DNA of 64,000 nucleotides from NCBI GenBank assembly GCA_027623675.1, contig JAQBVF010000005.1, forward strand, positions 64,001 to 128,000, read 5' to 3'. The notes under the pieces are model-generated. The model was not told where the DNA came from, made no database searches, and saw nothing but the letters and a program-made list of their open reading frames with translations. The position numbers and the translations under genes were made by a program. The DNA is from Chloroflexota bacterium. Its GTDB lineage: Bacteria > Chloroflexota > Dehalococcoidia > Lucifugimonadales > UBA3495. Shown here in pieces: positions 19,277 to 28,740 of this stretch; within the stretch, counting starts at the first letter, position 1, and the number at the start of each line of letters is the position of its first letter.

Positions 19277-20968
19277 ATGCCTGGCGAACTCGACCTTCGG
19301 ACCACCATCGGCGACTTGCTCGACTCCCAAGCGGCGCGGTAGGGAGACCGGGAAGCGTTGGTCCACGTCGAAGCTGGGACGCGGTTCACCTACACCGGGT
19401 TCAAGGCAGAGTGCGACCGGGTGGCCCGCGGGCTGATGGCTCTGGGCATCGAAAAAGGCCAGCACGTGGGCATCTGGGTCACCAACTACTCCGAATGGGT
19501 GGTCGCCCAATTCGCCACCGCCAAGATCGGCGCGGTGTTGGTCACCGTCAATCCCTCCTACCGGACCCACGAACTCCAGTACGTCCTAGAGCAATCAGAG
19601 GCCGATGCGCTGATACTCATCGGCCGGTTCCGGTCCTCCGATTACGTGGAGATGGCCAACGAGGTCATAACCGAGCTGAAAGACTCCGCACCCGGCGAAC
19701 TGCACTGCGCCAAGCTGCCCCATCTGCGAAACGTCATATTCATCCCGCCGCCATCAGATCCCCAGGTCAAGACGCCCAACGGCATGTGGTCCTGGGAAGA
19801 CGTGCGCCGGAAGTCGTCGGAGGTCGGTGAGCCGGCGCTGGCGCAGCGTCAGGCGGCCTGCGACCCCGGCGACACCATCAACATCCAGTACACGTCGGGA
19901 ACCACCGGCAACCCCAAGGGCGCCATGCTCACTCACCACAACCTGGTGGCCAACGGGTATTACACCGGCGAGGGCATGAGATTCACCGAGGAAGACCGCC
20001 TCTGCATCCCGGTGCCCTTCTACCATTGTTTCGGCTGCGTGCTCGGCAACCTGGCCTGCGTGACCCACGGCTCCACCATGGTCATCCCATCGGAATATTT
20101 CGAGCCGCTCAAGGTCCTGCAAGCGGTGCAGCAAGAGAGGTGCACCGCCCTCCACGGCGTGCCCACCATGTTCATCGCCCAGTTGGGCCACGAACGGTTC
20201 GCCGATTTCGACCTCAGTTCCCTGCGCACCGGCATGATGGCCGGTTCCCCCTGTCCCATCGAGGTGATGCGCCAGGTGGTGGACCGGATGGGCGCCAGGG
20301 AGATTACCATCGGCTATGGCCAGACGGAGGCGTCTCCGGTGATTACCCTCACCCGCACCGAGGACACCCTGGAACGCCGGGTCAGCACCGTCGGCACTGT
20401 CCTGCCCAACGTGGAGGTCAAGCTGGTGGACCCGGAGACTGGCGTCGAAACTCCAACCGGAGAGCAGGGCGAACTGCTGACCCGCAGCTTCATGGTGATG
20501 AAGGGTTACTACAACCTGCCCGAGGCCACCGCCGCCGCCATCGATGGGGACGGCTGGCTCCACACCGGGGACCTGGCTACCGTGGACGAAGCCGGCTACT
20601 ACCGCATCACCGGCCGGCTGAAAGACATGATTATCCGGGGCGGCGAGAACGTTTATCCTCGGGAGGTCGAGGAGTTCCTCTACACCCACCCCAAGATCGC
20701 CGATGTCCAGGTGATCGGCGTGCCCGACGAACGGTTCGTGGAGGAGGTCATGGCCTGGGTGATGCCCAAGCCGGGAGAGACCATCGACGCCGAAGAGATC
20801 AGGGATTTCTGCCGGGGTAAGATCGCCCACTACAAGATCCCCCGCTACATCAAGACAGCCACGGAATTCCCTATGACGGTGACCGGAAAGATACAGAAGT
20901 TCCGCATGCGCGAGATGGCGATAGACGAACTGGGTTTACATAAAGCGGCCGGGATGGAAACGGCCTGA
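19277..20968 (+). pseudogene. AMP-binding acyl-CoA synthetase with in-frame TAG at codon 22 (19340-19342); intact 536-aa remainder from TTG 19358
   Basis: MPGELDLRTTIGDLLDSQAAR*GDREALVHV; ANL motifs YTSGTTGNPKG, YGQTE, WLHTGD, RGGENVYP, GKIQK. Confidence 0.7.
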
Positions 20969-21068
20969 CCGCGGCGCCGCGCCAGCCTTTCGCCGCCCAT
21001 TATCACTTCTCCTACAACCCGCCCCAGGCGGTGTAAGATAGCCCGGACTCCGGCGAAAGGAATGACCC

Positions 21069-22202
21069 ATGCCCAGCGAACTTGACCCGTCTGGTAGCCA
21101 CGCGAAGTCCAGAAAACAACTTGACCGCAACAAACTGAGCCTCGGCCTGTTCGGCGCCAATTGCTCCGGCGGCCTGGCAGTCACCACCGTTCCCGAGCGA
21201 TGGGAAGCGAGTTGGGAGAACAACCAGAAACTTGCCCGTATGGCCGATGACGCCGGCCTGGATTTCATGCTGCCGCTGGGCCGTTGGAAGGGATACGGCG
21301 GTGTTACCGAACATAACGCATCCAACTTTGAGAGCCTGACCTGGGCGACCGGCATCCTGGCCAGCACCAGCAACATCATGGCTTTCGGCACGGTCCACGT
21401 CTCGGTATTCAACCCGGTGGTTGCCGCCAAGCAGATGGTCACGGCCGACCATGTGGGCCAGGGGCGGTTCGGACTCAACATCGTCTGCGGCTGGAATTTC
21501 GATGAGTTCGACATGCTGGGCGTCAATCTCGCCCAGCACGACGACCGGTACGATCAGGGGCAAGAATGGATCGACGTCATCACCAGGGCGTGGTCTTGCG
21601 ACGAGCCCTTTGACTACGAAGGCAGGTTCTATCAGGTCCGCCAGACCGACATCAACCCCAAGCCCTACGGCCATGAGCGGCCGCTGATCGTCTGCGCCGG
21701 AAACTCGCCCAGGGGCAGGGAGTTCGCGGCCCGCAACGCCGACATGATGTTCACCAACCTGCGGAGCGAACTGGACGAGGTGCCCGCCAACACCGCGGCG
21801 CTCAAGAAGATGGCTGCGGGATACCACCGGGAGATCGGGGTGTTTTCCAACGTCGCCGTGATCTGCCGCCCGACCCGGAAAGAGGCGGAGGAGTATTTCC
21901 GGTATTACGCGGTGGAGAACGCCGACCACGATGCGGTTGAGAACATGATAATTGGAAGAGGGCTGAAGAAGCCGGGCGTGCCGGAGGACGTTATACAGGC
22001 GGCAAGGCTCCGCGCGGCCGGCGGCAACGGTGCGATGCCGATCATCGGCGGACCGGACGAGGTGGTGGCAACGATGAAACGCCTATCCGAGTCGGGGGTG
22101 ACGGCCCTGGCCATCGGACTGACCAACTACCTGGAGCATTTCCCCTACTTCCGAGATGAGGTGCTGCCACGGCTGGTCCGCCAAGGGCTGCGCGCCGAGT
22201 AA
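21069..22202 (+). CDS. LLM-class flavin-dependent oxidoreductase (RutA/SsuD-like)
   Basis: LGLFGANCSGG, GRWKGYGG, GRFGLNIVCGW, AGNSPRGREFAA. Confidence 0.9.
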   Translation: MPSELDPSGSHAKSRKQLDRNKLSLGLFGANCSGGLAVTTVPERWEASWENNQKLARMADDAGLDFMLPLGRWKGYGGVTEHNASNFESLTWATGILASTSNIMAFGTVHVSVFNPVVAAKQMVTADHVGQGRFGLNIVCGWNFDEFDMLGVNLAQHDDRYDQGQEWIDVITRAWSCDEPFDYEGRFYQVRQTDINPKPYGHERPLIVCAGNSPRGREFAARNADMMFTNLRSELDEVPANTAALKKMAAGYHREIGVFSNVAVICRPTRKEAEEYFRYYAVENADHDAVENMIIGRGLKKPGVPEDVIQAARLRAAGGNGAMPIIGGPDEVVATMKRLSESGVTALAIGLTNYLEHFPYFRDEVLPRLVRQGLRAE

Positions 22203-22221
22203 CTGACTGCTAGGCCTTCTG

Positions 22222-23376
22222 CTAGATACGTCCGTTCGGCTCCAACCCCAGAGCAACTCGGCCATACTGCAGCCCGCCCAACTCCATGATGAAGCCGTCG
22301 CGGCGGACCGCGGCCTGTATGTCCCGGTGGTGGCGCTGGAAGGCCGACGAATCGAATATGGCGTGGCCTCCGCTGAGTTCGAAAAGCCGGTTGACGGAGC
22401 TAAGGCAGGACTGGGCGACGAACGCCTTGTCCCGGCGAAAACGTGCCCGCTCCAGCGTGCTGAACGCCTCACCGTTGCGGGCCTTCTTAAACGTCTCCCG
22501 GATGTCGGCCCGCATCAGGGCGCGCGCCGCATCAAGCTCGGCCGATGACTGGGAGAGCCGCACCTGAACACCCTCAGAGTCCGCGGTGCGGCCCGGTCCC
22601 GATGTGCCGGTGAGCCGCTGGGTGAACTCGTCAATCATGGCCATGGTGATGCCGATCATCGGGGCAACCAGGTCCCATCCCAACAAGACCAGAGCCGGCA
22701 TGCGGTAGCGGTCGTCCTGGTGGATATCCCAACCGGTCCAGTCCCCGTCTCCGGCTTTCCTGCTTTCCGTGACCCGGTGACCGGGAACAAAGACGTCCTC
22801 CACGACGATGTCTTTGCTTCCGGTGCCCTTGAGGCCGGAGACGAACCAGGTGTCTATGATTTCATAATCGGAGCGTGGCAGCAGCATCCACACCAGACCG
22901 CCGGGTGTGTTTCCGCCCAGCATCACCCAGGCGGCGGCATCGCTCCCGCTGGAGAACTTCCAATGCCCGGAGAGCCGGTACCCTCCGGTCACCTTCTCCA
23001 ACGTCGAAACGCCCGGGTTCAGGGAACTGGAGCAGAGGACATCGGGGCCGTCCCCGAAAACTTCCTGCTGTGCTTCGAGCGGCCAGAATCCAATCAGCCA
23101 CGAGTGGGCCGACCAGATGCTGTAGCACCAACCGGTGGAGGCGCAGCCGCTGGACAGCACTGCACCGGCCTCAAGCATGGATCCGTATTCGACGTCCAGC
23201 CCGCCGAACCTCCGAGGAACTCCGATCCGGTGCAGACCAGACGCCAATATGTCCTGGACCGATTCATCCGGGACCCGGCGCAGCAACTCAGTGTGGGCCG
23301 CCCGTTCTTTGAGGCCTGGTACCATGGCCGACGCTCTTTTAAGGAGTTCGTCCAGAGTCAGGGCTTGGTCAGCCAT
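22222..23376 (-). CDS. acyl-CoA-dehydrogenase-fold flavin-dependent monooxygenase (HsaA/HpaB-like)
   Basis: VPRRFGG, CASTGW, GHWKFSSGSD, DTWFVSGLKGTGS, QRHHRD. Confidence 0.88.
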   Translation of the reverse strand: MADQALTLDELLKRASAMVPGLKERAAHTELLRRVPDESVQDILASGLHRIGVPRRFGGLDVEYGSMLEAGAVLSSGCASTGWCYSIWSAHSWLIGFWPLEAQQEVFGDGPDVLCSSSLNPGVSTLEKVTGGYRLSGHWKFSSGSDAAAWVMLGGNTPGGLVWMLLPRSDYEIIDTWFVSGLKGTGSKDIVVEDVFVPGHRVTESRKAGDGDWTGWDIHQDDRYRMPALVLLGWDLVAPMIGITMAMIDEFTQRLTGTSGPGRTADSEGVQVRLSQSSAELDAARALMRADIRETFKKARNGEAFSTLERARFRRDKAFVAQSCLSSVNRLFELSGGHAIFDSSAFQRHHRDIQAAVRRDGFIMELGGLQYGRVALGLEPNGRI

Positions 23377-23408
23377 TGGTCCCCTCAGTCACGGTTGGCT
23401 CCAGCCTC

Positions 23409-23846
23409 CTAGCTGGCGGGCTCTGCGATGAAGACCGGGATCACGCGGTCGGTCTTGTCTTGGTATTCCTGGTACGGCGGGTAGGCTTCGACGGCTATGT
23501 CCCACAGCCGCTTCCGCTCGGACGCGTCTACCACCTCTCTCACCCGCATGGAATGGACCGCCGTCTTGTCGCGAATCTCAACGTTGGGGTCCGCCTTCAG
23601 GTTGTAATACCACACCGGGTGTTTGGGCGAGCCGCCCTGGGACGCCACCAGGATATAGTTGCCGCCGTCCACCGCCCGCATCAGGGGGGTCTTTCGGATG
23701 GCGCCCGTCTTGTTGCCTTGGTTGGTTACGATGATGACCGGCAGCCCGGTGTCTCTAAGGGTCAGGCCCTGGGTGCCCTGGCTGCCTTCATATAATTCCA
23801 CCTGATCTCTGACCCACTCGCGGGCGCTGGGTATGTATTCAGCCAT
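23409..23846 (-). CDS. deazaflavin (F420)-dependent nitroreductase family (Ddn-like)
   Basis: GNKTGAIRKTPL, VASQGGSPKHPVWYYNL, YQDKTDRVIPV. Confidence 0.9.
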   Translation of the reverse strand: MAEYIPSAREWVRDQVELYEGSQGTQGLTLRDTGLPVIIVTNQGNKTGAIRKTPLMRAVDGGNYILVASQGGSPKHPVWYYNLKADPNVEIRDKTAVHSMRVREVVDASERKRLWDIAVEAYPPYQEYQDKTDRVIPVFIAEPAS

Positions 23847-23876
23847 CGTGATCACCTCTTCGATCTTCGGAACGGT

Positions 23877-24587
23877 CTAGTGTTCGGCGGCGTCCGACGC
23901 CACGGGGTTGAACGTCACCCGAAGCACGGGTGCGTTGGACTCGTTGCGCCATTGGTGCAGGGTATCCGGCGGGACCAGTATGGCGTCGCCCTCGGTTACG
24001 GCGTAGTCAATGCCGCCGCAGGCCAGGACGCCCGTGCCTTCCAGCACATAGACCACATGCTCCCACGCGTGGGTGTGGCCGCCGGTCTCGGGATGGCTCA
24101 CCGCGCCCGGGGCCATGGCGCCGTTATACAGCATCACGTAGGTGGGCACGCCGTCGTTCAAGCCAAGGATGCGGCTGCCGGTTTGGGCGTTCAGGTCGGC
24201 GAAGTTGCGGATGACCGGGGCTTCGCCTGTGCCGGCGCCGCCGTTGTTGCCGGCGCCTCCGCTCTGGGCCGCGATCAGCGGGTTGATCTCGACGCGGCGG
24301 ATGTTACCCTTGCCGCCGTCATTCAGGGTGTAGTGGTCCACATTGCCGGGGATATACATGGCATCGCCGGCTTTCACCGGGTACTCCTTGCCGTCGCAGT
24401 GGAGAGTGCCAACGCCCTCCATGATGTAGACCTCGTGCTCCCACTTGTGGATGTGGTGAGAGCTGGTCTTGCCCGGCTCGATCACCGAGTAGCTCATGGT
24501 GCAGGTGGGCGGGTTGTCGTCCAGGGAGATGAGACGGGCCGGCTGGCCTGGCTCGAAGGTTCTGAAATTTCTGATCACTGGTTCCAT
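23877..24587 (-). CDS. bicupin (two cupin domains)
   Basis: Two H-x-H-x-W-E-H metal motifs (HHIHKWEHE, HTHAWEHV) and duplicated PVIRNF starts. Confidence 0.88.
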   Translation of the reverse strand: MEPVIRNFRTFEPGQPARLISLDDNPPTCTMSYSVIEPGKTSSHHIHKWEHEVYIMEGVGTLHCDGKEYPVKAGDAMYIPGNVDHYTLNDGGKGNIRRVEINPLIAAQSGGAGNNGGAGTGEAPVIRNFADLNAQTGSRILGLNDGVPTYVMLYNGAMAPGAVSHPETGGHTHAWEHVVYVLEGTGVLACGGIDYAVTEGDAILVPPDTLHQWRNESNAPVLRVTFNPVASDAAEH

Positions 24588-24755
24588 GGTGGCGGCTCCT
24601 TGTTCGGATATTCGTTACTAGTATAGCGGCAGAATCTTGCCGCAACGGAAGGCGCTCTCGCGGTCCAGTCAAGATTAATCGGACTGCCACTGGATATCAA
24701 CAGGGCGGGGTTAACGCGCCAGGGTTTTTCCAATATGACTTAATCGTCGATCTCG

Positions 24756-24859
24756 CCGCTCAGCCTGAGGCTCTCGAAGGGACGGCGCCGGTCTAGGTGC
24801 TGGTCAAGAGAAACAGGGTCCAACCCCAAAGGGTGGTTCGTTAGGCTCACCATGAGCGG
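24756..24859. repeat. inverted pair of REP-like elements
   Basis: 24756-24783 reads GTCCCTTCGAGAGCCTCAGGCTGAGCGG on minus; 24833-24859 reads GTGGTTCGTTAGGCTCACCATGAGCGG on plus; same family as 14590-14657. Confidence 0.7.
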
Positions 24860-24897
24860 CCATGTTACCTAAATGTTCTCGATGACAAAAACCCTGG

Positions 24898-26193
24898 TTA
24901 ATGGGCTGGGGCCATGCCGGCGCCCGAGGGCCTTCGCTCCCTGATGGTGAATACCGTCACAGTGGCGATGATCAAGAGGATGATGTTGCTCCAGATGGCG
25001 ATGTCGTAGGTGCCTCGGGAGTCGTAGAGCAGCCCGCCCAGGTAAGCGCCTAAGCCCGAACCCAGGGGCATCACGGCGAACATGGCACCGTAGATGGTGC
25101 CAAGTTTGGTGGTCCCGAACCGGTCTGAGGCATAGGCCGCGGTGATGGAAACCACGGCATTCCAGGAGAACCCCACCAGCAGCACCCCGGCGAGCAACAC
25201 GCCGATGCCAAGAGATGGAACATTGAGGAACGGTATCCCCATGGAGAGCAACACGAGGATGAAACCCAATGCCCTGAGATTGTAGGAAAAGCTCAGGTAG
25301 ATCCGCCGGCCGTGTCCGTCCGAAAGGTGTCCCAATACCAGCGCCCCGGCGATGGCGGCGGCGCCGATCAAGCTGAACGCTCCGGCGGCCACCATCTTGT
25401 GGTAGCCCAGGTCCTGCACGTAGGTGACGAAATGAGCGTTCACGAAGCTCATGGAATAGCCTCAAACGAAGTATCCCAAGGTTAGCCGGTAGAACAGAGG
25501 GGTATGGAACGCTTCCCGGACAGTTGCGTCCCGCCCCAGTAATTTCTCCCCATCAGACCTGGCTTGATGGCCGGCGGTTGTGCCGGCCCCAAACGGTTCC
25601 AACCCCATGTCCTGAGGCTTGTTTCGAATCAGCAGGAGCCCGGCGGGCAGCACCAGCACCAACAGCAACAAGCCTAAGAACCAGTAGGCATCTTTCCAGT
25701 CGAAGAGCACGAGGAAGAGCGAAGCTGCCGGTACCAGGATCATCGCCCCGAACGAACCCGCGCCGCTGACCAGCCCCATGGTCAGACCCCTGCGGGTGTG
25801 GAACCAGCTGCCGACCACTTTCGTCAGAATAGGGCCGGTGCCGAGGGTGATGCCGATGCTCATGATGGCGAACAGGGCGTAGAGCTGGCCCAAGCTCTCG
25901 ATGAACGGTATGAACAACAGTATCGTTCCCATCACCGCCACGCCGGAGAGCATGGCCGTCTTGGCGCTGTAGCGGTCGGCCAGATACCCCGCCAACGGAC
26001 GCAGCAGGCCAGAGATCATGAAGGTCAGGGCGAAGGCCAGCGAGAGGGAGCCGCGGCTCCAGCCGAACTCCTCGGTCATCGGCTTGAGAAAGACGCCGAA
26101 CGAGAACTGGCCGCCGGCAACCCCGAACGACACCAGCACGCATCCCGCCACCACGAACCAGCCGTAGAAATACTTCCGGCCGAATAATCTCAT
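24898..26193 (-). CDS. MFS transporter (OFA/MCT-like), 431 codons with one in-frame TGA at 25462-25464; candidate selenoprotein or nonsense allele
   Basis: ORFs 25462-26193 and 24898-25452 share one frame (LGYFV*GYSMSFVNAHFV) and together give a 12-TM MFS with both A-motifs (GYLADRYSAK, GHLSDGHGRR). Confidence 0.85.
25432..25452 (-). promoter_or_regulatory. candidate bacterial SECIS-like hairpin
   Basis: mRNA UGA-GGCUAUUCC-AUGAGC-UUCGUGAAC-GCUCAU: 6-bp perfect stem after a 9-nt spacer, extendable by UU/AA around a G-containing loop. Confidence 0.45.
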
Positions 26194-26265
26194 TCTTGGC
26201 TCTCCGCGGTTATACAGCTGGACCGGTCCGGGATTCCTCGTTTGTTTCGGGAAACTACCTGTTGC

Positions 26266-26295
26266 AAGCCGGGAATCACAAATGATTCCCGGCTT
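26266..26295. terminator. strong intergenic hairpin between rhodanese and MFS genes
   Basis: AAGCCGGGAATCA-CAAA-TGATTCCCGGCTT; no clear U-tract, so it may be a stabiliser or processing site. Confidence 0.45.
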
Positions 26296-26348
26296 CGCTT
26301 AAACCTTAGCGAAACATTAGTGATCTTGGTTGAGGTCTGGCCGCCCCG

Positions 26349-27218
26349 CTAGCCGGTCTGCATGGGCAATGACGGGTCTGACGCCCATTCTGACATCGAA
26401 GCGTCGTACACCGCCACATTCTCGTATCCCAGCAACGTCAAGATGAAGGCGTCGTTGCTGGCCGCGATCCCCCCGCCGCAGTAGGTGATAACCCGCTCTG
26501 CGGGGTCCGCGCCGACCTGGGCGAACCGTTCCGCCAGTTGCTCGGCTGGGAGATAGGCGTGGGTGACCGGGTCCATCAGGTCGCCCGCCGGTACGTTGAC
26601 GCTGCCGGCGATGCGCCCGGCGCGCCCGTAGTTGGCGCCGCCGCTGCCCAGGTGCTGTTCCTGGCTTAACGCATTCAGCACGCAGGCGGCGCCCTGTTCC
26701 AACGCCGCCAGCACCTCGCTCTTATCAGCCATGAGCCCGGTCCTGGGTCTGGCGTGGAATATGGTGGGGGGATAGTCCCGTTGTTCCGTCGTTACCGGCC
26801 GGCCCTCCAGCTTCCATTTTTGAAGGCCGCCGTTCAGGACAAAGGCGTTGTCGAATCCGAAAGCCCGGAGCATCCACCAGATACGGGTCGCCCAGGAACC
26901 GGACGTTGAGTCGTACAGCACCGCCCGGGCGCCCACGCCCACCCCGTATCCGGACATGGCCCTGGCGAACTGTTCAACCGGCGGGAGCATGTATCGGAAG
27001 GCGGCAGACCGGTCCGAGAGGTCGTTTACGAGGTCGGCATGGCCGGCGCCGGGGATGTGTTCCGCTGCCCAAGACTCGCGCCCGCTCGCCGCCCGGATGC
27101 CGCCGCTGCCATCGGGCAGGTTAAATGCGGTGCAGTCCAGAACGCGTATGTCACTGTCGTTCAGATGCTCGGCGAGCCAATCCGTCTCCACCAAGAATTG
27201 TGGATACTTAAATGGCAT
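26349..27218 (-). CDS. tandem-domain sulfurtransferase (rhodanese/SseA-like)
   Basis: HIPGA, RIWWML, LNGGLQKW, active loop YCGGGIAA, YDASMSEW; GGAGG RBS before ATG 27218. Confidence 0.93.
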   Translation of the reverse strand: MPFKYPQFLVETDWLAEHLNDSDIRVLDCTAFNLPDGSGGIRAASGRESWAAEHIPGAGHADLVNDLSDRSAAFRYMLPPVEQFARAMSGYGVGVGARAVLYDSTSGSWATRIWWMLRAFGFDNAFVLNGGLQKWKLEGRPVTTEQRDYPPTIFHARPRTGLMADKSEVLAALEQGAACVLNALSQEQHLGSGGANYGRAGRIAGSVNVPAGDLMDPVTHAYLPAEQLAERFAQVGADPAERVITYCGGGIAASNDAFILTLLGYENVAVYDASMSEWASDPSLPMQTG

Positions 27219-27551
27219 CTTGGACCCTCCATTGATTTTTCCGGACCAGGTTATTCTGCCGGACCTGGGAAGTTTCGCCAGACTTGGGCTGGAGACCATG
27301 ATAGGTTACCTAATCTGGTCAATAATATCGCGGCCGGTGCTCGACATAACAGAGGGCAGTATTATCATTTTTATGATGGATCCCGTAAAGGGATATCGGT
27401 TGACGCTGGCATCGCGGCCCAACCATAATCCGGTGGGTAAGCACAACGGGAAGAGATGCCGGATAGGCTCGCGAAAACCGGTCTCCCGTCAGCAAGTTAG
27501 TCTGATTCTAGCCCAGGCTTCGGCCTGTGCCACCAACACTAGGAGGCTAAG

Positions 27552-28625
27552 ATGCCGGACCCAGCGTTGAATTCGTATAAAGACCTTAACGTTCTTTCCG
27601 CGGACCCGGTCTGTGCCGGGGTATTCCTGCGCGACATGGAAGCGCCCGTGTCTTCCACGGAGGGCCACTTCATCCGCAGTCACTTTCCGGCGCCTCAGGT
27701 GGAGGCTGCCGATTGGTCGCTGCCGGTCACCGGCGACGTGGACAACTCCCTTGACCTCAGTTACTACGACCTGCTCAATATGCCCAGCCACGAGGTCGTG
27801 AGCATCATGGAATGTGCCGGCAACAGCCGGTCGACCATGCAGCCCCCGGCTGAGGGCGTCCAGTGGGACAATGGGGGACTGGGCGTTTCACGGTGGAAGG
27901 GTGTTCCGGTCAAGACCGTGCTGGAACGGGCATCCCTCAAGGGCGTCGCCACCGACGTTTTGTTCGAGGGCCTGGATTCGGGCACCGAGCCGCACTCGGG
28001 TGGCGAACTGGTCTATGCCATGAGCGTGCCGCTGGCGAAATTGCTGGACCCCGACACCATCTTGGCCTATGAGATGAACGGCGAGACCATCCCCAAGGAC
28101 CACGGCTTCCCCGTCCGCCTGCTGGTTCCCGGCTGGTACGGCATGGCCTCGGTCAAATGGCTGGCCAAGATCACGGTTATGGACCACCCAAACTGCGGCT
28201 TCCATGAGATGGACTACCGCATATATCCGGCCACCGACGGCAAGAGCGACGCAAAAGCCAAGCGCGTCACCAAGCTGAAGGTTAAGTCGCTGATCAGCTC
28301 TCCGGTAAAAGGAGACGTCCTTTGCCCCGGCTCCCATACTATCAAGGGCGTGGCTTGGTCGGGCGACGGGCACATCACCAAGGTTGAGGTTAGCACCGAC
28401 GACAACCGCACCTGGCGCGAGGCCAAGCTGGAGGCGCCGGTCGGCAACTACTCGTGGCAGCACTGGGAGATTGACTGGGACGCAGCGGCTACGGGGCACT
28501 CGCTGCTCCGTTCCAGGGCCACCGACAGCCAGGGCAACGTTCAGCCCATGCTGGCGCCATGGAATTTCCGGGGCTACCAGGTGAACTCGATACATTCCGT
28601 GCCCGTCACGGTACGCAAGCCCTAG
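27552..28625 (+). CDS. sulfite oxidase family molybdoenzyme
   Basis: FIRSH, ECAGN (Mo-ligand Cys), YEMNGE..DHGFPVRLLVPGWYG..SVKWL, C-terminal dimerisation domain. Confidence 0.92.
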   Translation: MPDPALNSYKDLNVLSADPVCAGVFLRDMEAPVSSTEGHFIRSHFPAPQVEAADWSLPVTGDVDNSLDLSYYDLLNMPSHEVVSIMECAGNSRSTMQPPAEGVQWDNGGLGVSRWKGVPVKTVLERASLKGVATDVLFEGLDSGTEPHSGGELVYAMSVPLAKLLDPDTILAYEMNGETIPKDHGFPVRLLVPGWYGMASVKWLAKITVMDHPNCGFHEMDYRIYPATDGKSDAKAKRVTKLKVKSLISSPVKGDVLCPGSHTIKGVAWSGDGHITKVEVSTDDNRTWREAKLEAPVGNYSWQHWEIDWDAAATGHSLLRSRATDSQGNVQPMLAPWNFRGYQVNSIHSVPVTVRKP

Positions 28626-28654
28626 CTGCGGACTGGAATACGCCTGAACCTGGG

Positions 28655-28706
28655 AAACGTAAAAAGCCCTGGCGGGTTGATCAACCCGCCAGGGCTTTTT
28701 ACGTTT
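28655..28706. terminator. bidirectional intrinsic terminator (perfect 52-bp palindrome)
   Basis: AAACGTAAAAAGCCCTGGCGGGTTGA|TCAACCCGCCAGGGCTTTTTACGTTT between convergent genes. Confidence 0.85.
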
Positions 28707-28740
28707 GAACCAGGCCTTAATCTTCGACGGACTCGGGAGT

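Noticed and set aside
19340..19342. Pyrrolysine recoding of the TAG
   Set aside because: The position corresponds to Tyr/Phe in a non-catalytic N-terminus, no pyl genes are visible, and a point mutation explains it more simply.
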